Positions 9,710-18,021 of a DNA stretch of 64,000 nt are shown here, one piece after another (position 1 is the stretch's first letter; each line of letters opens with the position of its first letter). The notes under the pieces are model-generated. The model did not search any database, had not been told where the DNA came from, and saw only the letters and a program-made list of their open reading frames with translations. Location of the stretch: the NCBI GenBank assembly GCA_963848005.1, contig CAWKCA010000046.1, positions 27,481 to 91,480 of the forward strand. The letters are read 5' to 3'. The DNA is from an uncultured Candidatus Rokubacteria bacterium (GTDB taxonomy: Bacteria; Methylomirabilota; Methylomirabilia; Rokubacteriales; CSP1-6). Position numbers and translations under genes: made by a program.

Positions 9710-10831
9710 ATGCGCGCGGAGCGTGACGGCGTCGACGTCGACGATCCCTGGGCGGCCATCGAGGTCTGCTACGAGCGGGGCTGGACCGACGGCCTGCCTG
9801 TCGTCCCACCGACCGAGGCGCTGGTGGAGCACACCCTGGCGGCCGGGCCGTGGACCCCCGATCACGTGCTCCTCTTCGAACCGGTCCGGGGCCGCGCGGT
9901 GACGGCCGAGAAGGCGGCGATCAACGCGGTGATGGCCGGCTGCCGGCCGGAGTACTTTCCCGTCGTCGGCGCCGCGCTCACCGCCCTCGGCGATCCCGCG
10001 TTCGAGCTGCACGGCCCGGCCACCAGCACGGGCGGCGCGGCCCTCATGGTGATCGTCAACGGCCCCGCCCGACTCCACCTCGGCGTCAACGGCACCGCCA
10101 ACCTCTTCGGGCCCGGGTTCCGCGCCAACGCCACGATCGGCCGTGCTCTGCGCCTGGTCCTTCTGAACTGTCTCGACTGCCGGCCGGGCGTGCTCGACAA
10201 GTCGACTCAGGGATGGCCGGGGAAATACTCGCTCTGCTTCGCCGAGAACGAGGAGGCGAGCCCTTGGGAGCCTCTCTCGGTGGCCCGCGGTTTCCGGACC
10301 GATCAGTCGACGGTGACCGTGTACGCCGCCGAATCCGGACACAACGTCCTCTCCCACGGGACGCGGTCCCCCGAACGGCTGCTCGCGCTCTTCGCCGACG
10401 CGATGGCGGGGCTCGGAAGCCTGAGCCCGGGGCGCTCCGTCATCGTGGTGGCGCCCGAGCACGCCCAGCATCTCCGCCAGGCCGGATGGGATCGCGCCCG
10501 CACGCAGGCGTGGCTCTACGAGCATGCCTGGCGCTCGCTCGGCGATCTCAAGCGCGCGGGAAAAGTCGAGCCGGCATTCTTCACCAACCCGAAACTCCTG
10601 GAATGGATCTACCGTGACGCCGACGGCAGTACGCCCGCGGGTCCGCTCGACCCCGATCTCGCCGAGCGCGTCACCGCGGCGGACGAGGTCGTTCGGGTGC
10701 ATCGCGGGCTCGGTCCTGAAGACATCCTGCTCTGCGTGGGCGGCGGCGAGGCCGGTGGCCATTCCGCCTTCTTTCCCTCGTGGAGTCGCGGTCGTTCCGT
10801 TCCCTTCGTCACCAGGGAGGTTCCGTCATGA
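9710..10831 (+). CDS. Conserved hypothetical protein (motif GWTDGLPVVPPTE), the gene partner of the UGSC selenoprotein.
   Basis: The 373-aa ORF is clean and non-repetitive. Its stop TGA overlaps the ATG of the next gene (ATGA, translational coupling). A degenerate paralogous fragment occurs at 54821-54913. No confident family assignment could be made from memory. Confidence 0.65.
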   Translation: MRAERDGVDVDDPWAAIEVCYERGWTDGLPVVPPTEALVEHTLAAGPWTPDHVLLFEPVRGRAVTAEKAAINAVMAGCRPEYFPVVGAALTALGDPAFELHGPATSTGGAALMVIVNGPARLHLGVNGTANLFGPGFRANATIGRALRLVLLNCLDCRPGVLDKSTQGWPGKYSLCFAENEEASPWEPLSVARGFRTDQSTVTVYAAESGHNVLSHGTRSPERLLALFADAMAGLGSLSPGRSVIVVAPEHAQHLRQAGWDRARTQAWLYEHAWRSLGDLKRAGKVEPAFFTNPKLLEWIYRDADGSTPAGPLDPDLAERVTAADEVVRVHRGLGPEDILLCVGGGEAGGHSAFFPSWSRGRSVPFVTREVPS

Positions 10832-11355
10832 TCCGCATCCTCGATCCCACCCTGCGCACGGCACTCTCGAGCACGGCCTCACGGGCCCCGCGCGCCCGGC
10901 ACCTCGCAGGGGCGACCATCGGCCTCCTCGCCAACGGGAAGTCCAACGGCAGCATGCTGCTCGACCGCATCGCAGACGTGCTGCGCGAGCGCCACGGCGT
11001 CGGCGAGGTGGTGCGCGTGGCCAAGACCAACGCGAGCGTCCCGGTAAGCGAGGACGACGCGGAGATGCTGGCCAAGCGTTGCGCGGCCGTCGTCACCGCC
11101 ATCGGCGACTGAGGGTCGTGCTCGTCGGGCAGTGTGCTCGACGCCATCTCGTTCGAGAAGCGCGGCATCCCGGCGGCGGTGATCATCACCGAACCCTTCA
11201 TTCCCACCGCCCTCGCCATGGCCGAGCTGTCGGGATTGCCCGGCTACCCCTGCGCGGTGATTCCGCATCCCGTCGGGAGCCTTGGCCCCGCCGAGGTGCT
11301 GGCCCGCGCCGAGGCTGTCGCCTCGCGGGTGGCGGAGCTGTTGCTGGGAAGCTGA
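10828..11355 (+). CDS. UGSC-family selenoprotein. The in-frame TGA at 11110-11112 is read as selenocysteine, giving a full product of about 175 aa.
   Basis: The ORF MIRILDPT...AVVTAIGD stops at TGA 11110. The same frame continues GSCSSGSVLDAISFEKRGIPAAVIITEPFIPTALAMAELSGLPGYPCAVIPHPVGSL...LLGS to TGA 11353-55. The joined sequence reads ...IGD-U-GSC..., the UGSC motif. A CGTCG...CGACG hairpin (SECIS candidate) starts about 12 nt after the TGA. The ATGA overlap with the upstream gene supports co-translation. Confidence 0.7.
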
Positions 11356-11392
11356 CCGTGTCGCCGACGTAAGCGCCTGGCGGAGAATCGAG

Positions 11393-11458
11393 GAGTGTCC
11401 CGGCCTGGCCGGGGCGCTCCGAGCGTTGGGGGTATGGGGGCCATGTCGGGGCCCCCAT
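11393..11458. terminator. GC-rich palindromic hairpins between convergent genes. This is a putative bidirectional terminator.
   Basis: The palindrome CCGGCCTGGCCGGGG is followed by a GGGGGCC-ATGTCG-GGGCCCCC stem-loop. It lies between the selenoprotein stop (11355) and the histidine kinase stop (11462). There is no clear U-tract, which is common in high-GC genomes. Confidence 0.3.
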
Positions 11459-11461
11459 GTC

Positions 11462-13457
11462 CTATCTGTCGACCAGGCGGAGGGCGCGGCGGACGGCGCG
11501 GCGGAGCTGTTCGGGATCCAGCGGCTTGGGCACCACGATGGCCCCGATCTCGTCGGTGAAGTCCGCCCGCTCCTGCCCGACGACGTCGCCCGTGAGAAAG
11601 ATGAAGCGGCGCGCGAGGCGTGGAAAGCGCCGCACGACGTCACGGTAGAGCTCGGGCCCGTCGGGGCCCGGCATCTTGATGTCGCAGATGATCAGCGCGT
11701 ACTCCCCTCCCTGCTCCAGTCGCTCGAGCGCCTGCGGCGCATCGAAGGCGGCATCCGCCCGGTGCCCGTCGAGAGCCAGGATGTCGGCGAGGACAGCGGC
11801 GATACCAGGATCGTCGTCGACGACCAGGATGCGCCGGCCGCGTTCGGCGGTCGGTTCGCCAGCGGCCTCCGGCATCTCCGCCCCGGCCGGAGCCGTCCCC
11901 ACCGGGATCTCGACGGTGAACACCGTCCCTTGACCGGACTCGGTCTCGAAGGTGATCGATCCGCCGTGTGCGTCCACGATGCTGCGCGAGAGCGAGAGCC
12001 CGAGTCCCGCCCCCTGCCCCGCCGCCTTGGTGGTCAAGAAGGGCCGGAAGATCCGGGGGCGAATGTCCTCCGGGATCCCGATGCCGTTGTCGCGGATATT
12101 ACTCGAAGGTCACCGCGGAGCGGCCCGGGTCGACGCCGGTGTGGAGCAGGATCCAGCGCGGCCGGGAGACGCCGCGCAGGGCGTCGATGGCGTTGGCGAT
12201 GAGGCTCACCGCGACCTGATGGAGCCCGTGCGCGTCGCCCCACACCTCGGGCAGCGCCTCGTCGAGCTGCCACCGGATCTCGACGTTATCTACCTGGAGC
12301 ACGTAGCCGAGAAGCTCGACCGCCTCGCGCAGAACCTGGTTGATCTGGACCGGGACGGCCTCCGCCGGGCGGCGGCGCCCGAGGGCGAGGAACTGCCGCA
12401 CGATGCCGGCGCAGCGCGTGGCAGCCTGGGCGAGGTGGTCGACGCGACCCGCGAGCGGGCCGGGTTGGAGCGCGCGCGCGAGGAGGTCCGCCTGCCCGAG
12501 CACGACGGAGAGTGGGTTCGCGAGCTGGTGGACGATGCCGGCCAGGAGCTGGCCCATCCCCGCGAGCCGCTCGGCCTGGTTGAGCGCATCCCGGCGGCGG
12601 GCGAGCTCCTCCTCGACCCGACGCCGCGCCGTCACGTCACGGGCCGTGACGACGAGGCCCACGACCTGCGGCTCGTGGGGCATGCTCGTCGCCACCCCCT
12701 CGAAGACGCGCCAGGATCCATCCTGGTGCCGGAGCTGGAACGTCAGGTCCTCCACGTGACCCCGCGCGTCGAGCTCCCGGGCGACCAGGGCGATCAGGTG
12801 GCCGACGTCCTCGGGGTGGAGGATCTCGACGAAGGGGCGGCCGATCAGGGCGGCGGGCGCGTACCCGAGGACGCGCCGCGCGGACGAGCTCACGTAGCGC
12901 ACGACCCCGCCCGCGTCGAGGAGGAAGACCACGTCGAGCGCGCTCGCCACCATCGACCGGAAGTGCGCCTCGGTGGCCTGCAGGGCCTCCTCCGCCTGCT
13001 TGCGGCTGGTGATGTCGAGGAAGGTCGCGGCGATGGCCGGCTGTCCGCGCCAGGAAGCCACGGACACGAGCGGCTCGATCCAGAACATCTGGCCGTCGCC
13101 CCGCACGGCCTGGAACTCGTAGCGGGGAGGCGCGGGATCGCCGCGACGCCGCGCCGCCGCGTAGCGCTGAAGGCGGAGTCGCTCATGAGGTGGCAGCCAG
13201 TCCCGGAGATCACGCCCGACGATGTCGTCCCCCCGGGCGTAGCCGGCGAGACGCGCGGCGGTGGCGTTGGCAAAGCAAACCACGAAGTCCTGGTGGATGC
13301 AGACGCCCTGGATCGACTCCTCGACGAGGACGGTGTAGAGCGACGTGTCGGCGGGTGGCGCGAGGGCTGCGATCGGGCTCACGGGTTCCGCCCGCTCGAG
13401 CTCGTCGAGCCGCTCCCGGAGGCGCCTGATCTCGTCTGCGGGGCGATCGTCGGCCAT
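11462..13457 (-). pseudogene. Hybrid sensor histidine kinase / response regulator (PAS-PAS-HisKA-HATPase_c-REC), disrupted by a TAA plus frameshift at about 12040-12100.
   Basis: The N-part 12099..13457 contains PAS domains, the H-box HQLANPL and the start of the ATPase (N box). It ends ...GRSAVTFE-TAA. The -1 frame then continues SSNIRDNGIGIPEDIRPRIFRPFLTTKAAGQGAGLGLSLSRSIV (G1/G2 boxes). A receiver domain RILVVDDDP...LIICDIKMPGPDG follows. The break sits in an AT-rich hexamer (gagTAATATccg) that is unusual for this genome. Confidence 0.7.
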
Positions 13458-13545
13458 GGGCGCACCTCTACCCTTCGGGACCGTATCTTAGCGGCCGCGC
13501 CCCCGCATCGCCACCTCAAGCCGCTCATCCGGTAGAGTCAGGGGC

Positions 13546-14706
13546 ATGGCCAGCGGCAGCGTCATTCTCATCGTCGGCGGTGGGCTCATGGGACTCAGCG
13601 CGGCCTGGCACCTCCGGCGCGCCGATCCCACGATTCGAGTAAGGGTGATGGAGCGTGAGCGCGCGGGCGCCGCTGCATCGGGCGCCAGCGCCGCCGGGGT
13701 GCGCGCGATGTTCCGCGACCCGGCCGAGCGGCCCCTCGCGCTGGCCGCCCTCGCGCGCTGGCCTCACCTCGACCGCGAGCTCGAGGGTGACACGCGATAC
13801 CGGCGCGGCGGTGGTCTTCGCGTTGCCCTCGATGCCGCGGCGTGGGCGCTGACGGAGGCCGCGGTTGCTGCCCAGCGCGCCGACGGCGTACCGGTGGAGC
13901 GGGTCGACGCGGCCGCCGTGCAGCGGCTGGCTCCGCGTATCGCGCCACGCGCGCTCGGCGGCATCTGGTGCCCTATCGATGGGCAGGCCGAGGCGCAAGC
14001 AACCGTCGAGGCGTTCGCCGCAGCGGCCCGCCATGCCGGCGCGCGCATCGAAGAGGGTGTCGCGGTCACGGCGCTCATCGTCGAGGGCGGCCGGGTCGTG
14101 GGCGTGCGGCGCGCGGACGGCACGGTGGACGCGGCCGACGTGGTGATCGTTGCGGCCGGGGCCTGGAGTGCGGCGCTGCTCACACCCCTCGGTGTCGCTC
14201 CGTCCCTCGAGCCGCGGGCGCTCCAGATGCTCCTGACCGACGGCGCGCCCCACACTTTGGAGCCGGTGGTGAGCGCGTTCGGCTACAGGTTGAGTCTCAA
14301 GCAACTCGCCGACGGCGCGTTCCTCATTGGCGGCGGCTGGCCGGCCGAGGTCCCCGCGGCGCACGCCAACCGCGTCGTGGTGCGCGACGACAGCGTGGCC
14401 GGGAGCCTTGCCGCCGCCCGCGAGGTATATCCGCCCCTCGCCGCGCGGACTGTCGCCCGGCGCTGGGCGGGCATCGAGGCCTTCGGCGACGGAGATCTGC
14501 CCACCCTCGGCCCGGTCCCCGGCGTCGCCGGCCTGCTCGTCGCCGTGGGCTTCTCCGGTCACGGGTTCGCGCTGGCCCCGGTGGTGGGGGACGTGCTGGC
14601 CCGTCTCGCCCTCGGCCGCGATCCCCTCTCGCCGCTGTGGGCCGGGCTCCGCTGGCGACCGACGCGCCGCGGAGGTGACCCGCTACTGGTGTCGACGCCC
14701 GGGTGA
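13546..14706 (+). CDS. FAD-dependent oxidoreductase (DAO family; glycine/D-amino-acid oxidase or sarcosine-oxidase-beta-like).
   Basis: The sequence has an N-terminal ILIVGGGLMGLSAAWHL dinucleotide-binding motif and the DAO-family C-terminal GFSGHGFALAPVVG. The ORF is uninterrupted. Confidence 0.8.
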   Translation: MASGSVILIVGGGLMGLSAAWHLRRADPTIRVRVMERERAGAAASGASAAGVRAMFRDPAERPLALAALARWPHLDRELEGDTRYRRGGGLRVALDAAAWALTEAAVAAQRADGVPVERVDAAAVQRLAPRIAPRALGGIWCPIDGQAEAQATVEAFAAAARHAGARIEEGVAVTALIVEGGRVVGVRRADGTVDAADVVIVAAGAWSAALLTPLGVAPSLEPRALQMLLTDGAPHTLEPVVSAFGYRLSLKQLADGAFLIGGGWPAEVPAAHANRVVVRDDSVAGSLAAAREVYPPLAARTVARRWAGIEAFGDGDLPTLGPVPGVAGLLVAVGFSGHGFALAPVVGDVLARLALGRDPLSPLWAGLRWRPTRRGGDPLLVSTPG

Positions 14707-14812
14707 AGCGATACTCGTCCTGGTGACCATCCGACACGATCGGCCTTCCTCCCGGTTACAGGGAAACGCGGCCGGGGACATCACCTCATTCGTGGGAATC
14801 GAGGACCCAACC

Positions 14813-15724
14813 ATGCCGAGTCGAAGTGGGGAGAGGAACCAGTACCGCTCGATCTTCACCGACGCCACGCCACGCGAGCGAGAGGAGAACTTCGAGGACT
14901 ACCTCACCTTCACCCGCGCCCAGAACGGAGAGCTGCTCGAGGCGGAGAAGGATCTCGCCCGCAAGCGCCAGACCCTGCGCGCCTTTCACGCGGCGCCCGT
15001 GCGCTCACGGCACCCGCTGTCCGATCCCGAGCAGTTCTACCGCAACCACATCGTCTTCCGGGACGATCCGGCCACCGTCGACCGGAAGACCCTTCTCTTC
15101 ACGTGCATCTACAAGGTCGCGCGGCACGAATGGGTGGGGATCTCGGCGGCCTGGGAGGCCAGCGGAAGCCTGGCCCAGGCGAGGACAACGACCGCGAAGA
15201 TCAGCCGCTACCATCTCGCCGAGGAGTTCTGCCACATGCGGTTCTTCGACGAGATGTTTCGCACCGTGCACCTCGACCACGTGGCCTGGGTGCCCCTCAG
15301 TCCCTTCAAGCAGCGACTCTATCGCCTCTTTCCCGGTATCCCCGACGCGGTGAAGGATCCCCCCGCCTTCGTCACCGAACTCCTCGGGATCACCTTCTAC
15401 CGCCACGTGGACGCGCTGCTGGATCAGCTGCTCGGCGACGAGCCGGAGGCGCGCCAGCGCATTCGCGAATTGCTCCACGAGATCATGGTCGACGAGCTCG
15501 CCCACATCGGGCAGCGTCGAAACTTCCTGGGCTGGGCGGGTACCCGGATGGCTCGGCGGATCGTGGGGCCGCTGTTCCGGGCGTTTCTCCGCGACATTCC
15601 CGAGAGCCGGTATCTCTTCGACGTCGACCGCATGGTTCAGGACGGCCTCGGCTTCGACTACAGCGGCGTGCCGGCCGCCCTCCTCGAGCGCACGTGGGTT
15701 CCCAGCTACTGCCGGCAGGCCTGA
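14813..15724 (+). CDS. Ferritin-like diiron-carboxylate protein, a putative AurF/diiron-oxygenase-like enzyme.
   Basis: A 303-aa product starts at the ATG at 14813. The longer ORF from 14327 is Pro/Arg-rich overlap junk. Two ExxH motifs about 90 aa apart (HLAEEFCH and VDELAHIG) plus intervening conserved Glu (ARHEW, TELLG) give the E...ExxH...E...ExxH diiron ligand pattern. The family assignment is inference. Confidence 0.5.
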   Translation: MPSRSGERNQYRSIFTDATPREREENFEDYLTFTRAQNGELLEAEKDLARKRQTLRAFHAAPVRSRHPLSDPEQFYRNHIVFRDDPATVDRKTLLFTCIYKVARHEWVGISAAWEASGSLAQARTTTAKISRYHLAEEFCHMRFFDEMFRTVHLDHVAWVPLSPFKQRLYRLFPGIPDAVKDPPAFVTELLGITFYRHVDALLDQLLGDEPEARQRIRELLHEIMVDELAHIGQRRNFLGWAGTRMARRIVGPLFRAFLRDIPESRYLFDVDRMVQDGLGFDYSGVPAALLERTWVPSYCRQA

Positions 15725-15784
15725 CCGGGTAGACATCTCAGCCCGCTGCCGAAAGGCCTGACCGGGTAGACATCCTCAGCCCGC
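15716..15784. repeat. Direct repeat of about 27 bp (GGCCTGACCGGGTAGACATC(C)TCAGCCCGC) present twice, spanning both convergent stop codons.
   Basis: Copy 1 (15716-15743) overlaps the stop of the diiron gene. Copy 2 (15756-15784) overlaps the stop of the T1SS ABC gene on the opposite strand. Confidence 0.5.
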
Positions 15785-17932
15785 CCCATCGCGAACCAGG
15801 AGCCCGTCCTGAAGGCGGTGGAGGCGAGCGTAGTGCCCGTTCAGACGGAGCAGCGCCTCGTGCGACCCCTGCTCGACGAGGCGGCCCTGGTTCATGACCA
15901 GGATGCGATGGGCGGGCCGAAGCGTGCTGAGGCGGTGCGCGATGAGGAGCACCGTGCGGCCCCGGCACATCTGGGCCAGGTTGCGCTGGACAATCGACTC
16001 GGATTCGTAATCCAGGGCGCTGGTCGCTTCGTCGAAGATCAGGATCCGCGGATTGGCGATGAGAGCCCGCGCGATGGCGATGCGCTGGCGCTGACCGCCG
16101 GAGAGGGCCAGCCCATGCTCGCCGACCGGCGAGTCGTATCCATCGGGCAGCTCGCGGATGAACTCGTGCGCGCCGGCCAGCTCCGCCGCCCGCACCACCT
16201 GGTCCAGGGAAATCCCGGGATCGGCGAGGGCGATGTTCTCGCGCACGGAGCGGTTGAACAGAAAGCTCTCCTGGAGCACGACGCCGATCTGGCGCCTGAG
16301 CCAGGCGGGGTCGATGAGCGTGACGTCCAGACCGTCGACGAGCACCCGGCCATGCTCGGGCGGGTACAGGCGCTGGATCAGGCGTGCCACCGTGCTCTTG
16401 CCGGACCCGGACCGTCCGACGAGGCCAATGACCTCCCCGGGCGAAATATCGAAGGACATGCCGCGAAGAACCTCCGGGCCATCGGGGCGATAGCGGAAGA
16501 TCACCTCCTCGAAGGTGACGCGGCCGAGGAGCCGAGGGGGACTCGTCCAGCTCGGTCGGTGTGGTTCGGCCGGAGCGTTGAGCACGTCGCCCAGACGCTC
16601 CACCGAGATCCCGGCCTGCTGGAATTCCTGCCATATCTGGACCAGGCGCAACACCGGACCGCTGACCCGTCCGGCGAGCATGTTGAACGCCACGAGCTGG
16701 CCGATGGTGAGACGCCCGTCCATCACGAGCTGGGCCCCCGCCCAGACGATGGCGAGCGTGGTGATCTTCTGCGTCAGGGACGCCACCTGACCCGCACTGT
16801 TGATCAGCGTGAGGGCCCGAAAGCCGGCCCGCACGTAGCCCGCCAGGTGCTCTTCCCATCGCCGTTGCATCTCCGGCTCCACGGCCAGGGCCTTGACCGT
16901 GTGGATGCCGGTCACGGACTCGACCAGGAAGGCCTGGGTATCTGCGCCGCGATTGAACTTGTCGTTGAGGCGACCGCGGATGGCCGGGGTGATGGTCACC
17001 GAGAGCACCCCGTAGACGGGCAGCGCGCCGAGCACGAGCCAGGTCAGCGGGGGACTGTAGAAGTACATCGCCCCCACGAACACGACGGCGAAGAGCAGAT
17101 CGACGACGAGGGTCACGCTCGATCCGGTCAGGAACTGGCGGATCGTCTCCAGTTCCCTGACGCGCGCCACCGAGTCACCCACCCGGCGCGACTCGAAGTA
17201 CGCCAGGGGCAGGGCCAGAAGATGGCGGAACAGCTGGACCCCCAGCTCCACGTCGATCCGGCTCGAGGTGTGCGAGAACAGGTACGCGCGCAGCCCGCCC
17301 AGGACCGCCTCGAAGACGGTGAGCGCCAGCATGCCGACGGCCAGCACGTGGAGGGTGGTCAGCCCCTTGTGGACGAGGACCTTGTCGATCACCACTTGAA
17401 AGAACAGCGGGCTCACGAGGGCAAATACCTGAAGCGCCAGGGAGGCGAGCAGCACCTCCGAGAAGCACCGTCGGTACTTCACGATCGCGGGGAAAAACCA
17501 CGAGAAGCCGAATCGCGCGTTCCCGGACTGCGGAGAGCCGCGCCGGGTCAGGAGAATGACCTCGCCCGACCACGCCGGCTCGAAGGCTGACCGCGTCACG
17601 ACGAGGGGCCGCGGCGCCGTCGGGTCTTGCACCAGCACCGTGTCCGCATCGGCTCTGGCGAGGACGGTCCACTCGCCGTCGCGCATGCGCGCCAGGGCCG
17701 GGAGGGCCAGCACTCTCAGCCGGTCCCAACGGCTCCGGATGCATCGGGCCTTGAGGCCGAGCGAGCGGGCGGCGCGCAGCAACTCCGTCGCCTCGAACCG
17801 CCGGCCAGGCTTGCCGAACTCGCGCCGGAGCCGCTCGGCGTCGGCGGCGATCCCGAGAAATCGGCTCACGATCAGCAGGCCGACGAGCCCGCCGTCGACG
17901 TTGCCGGATGCGGACACGGATTCCTCGGGCAC
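15776..17932 (-). CDS. Type I secretion system permease/ATPase (HlyB family) with an N-terminal C39-like (non-catalytic) domain.
   Basis: The protein is 718 aa. The N-terminal roughly 130-aa domain lacks the C39 catalytic Cys, so it is a CLD as in RTX exporters. A 6-TM ABC membrane domain follows. Walker A is GRSGSGKST, the ABC signature is LSGGQRQR and Walker B is ILIFDEATSALD. A GTG start at 17932 has a GGAGGAG RBS. It lies 90 bp downstream of the giant RTX gene on the same strand. Confidence 0.85.
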   Translation of the reverse strand: MPEESVSASGNVDGGLVGLLIVSRFLGIAADAERLRREFGKPGRRFEATELLRAARSLGLKARCIRSRWDRLRVLALPALARMRDGEWTVLARADADTVLVQDPTAPRPLVVTRSAFEPAWSGEVILLTRRGSPQSGNARFGFSWFFPAIVKYRRCFSEVLLASLALQVFALVSPLFFQVVIDKVLVHKGLTTLHVLAVGMLALTVFEAVLGGLRAYLFSHTSSRIDVELGVQLFRHLLALPLAYFESRRVGDSVARVRELETIRQFLTGSSVTLVVDLLFAVVFVGAMYFYSPPLTWLVLGALPVYGVLSVTITPAIRGRLNDKFNRGADTQAFLVESVTGIHTVKALAVEPEMQRRWEEHLAGYVRAGFRALTLINSAGQVASLTQKITTLAIVWAGAQLVMDGRLTIGQLVAFNMLAGRVSGPVLRLVQIWQEFQQAGISVERLGDVLNAPAEPHRPSWTSPPRLLGRVTFEEVIFRYRPDGPEVLRGMSFDISPGEVIGLVGRSGSGKSTVARLIQRLYPPEHGRVLVDGLDVTLIDPAWLRRQIGVVLQESFLFNRSVRENIALADPGISLDQVVRAAELAGAHEFIRELPDGYDSPVGEHGLALSGGQRQRIAIARALIANPRILIFDEATSALDYESESIVQRNLAQMCRGRTVLLIAHRLSTLRPAHRILVMNQGRLVEQGSHEALLRLNGHYARLHRLQDGLLVRDGAG

Positions 17933-18021
17933 ACGTCTCCTCCGGAGGGCTGACGCCTGATGCCGCGCCCGCGATCTCGCCGCGGGGCGGTTCAGCGGTA
18001 GGTCCAGCTCAGCGAGGCGTT

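Noticed and set aside
11105-11160. Treating the TGA at 11110 as a genuine stop (two separate small ORFs 10780..11112 and 11134..11355)
   Set aside because: The downstream frame is fully protein-like and continuous. The junction spells the family-defining UGSC motif and a hairpin follows the TGA, so selenocysteine read-through is the better model.
15738-17590. ORFs 15738..16859 (-) and 15818..17590 (+) inside the T1SS ABC gene
   Set aside because: These are alternative or antisense frames of a gene with unambiguous Walker A/B and ABC signature motifs.
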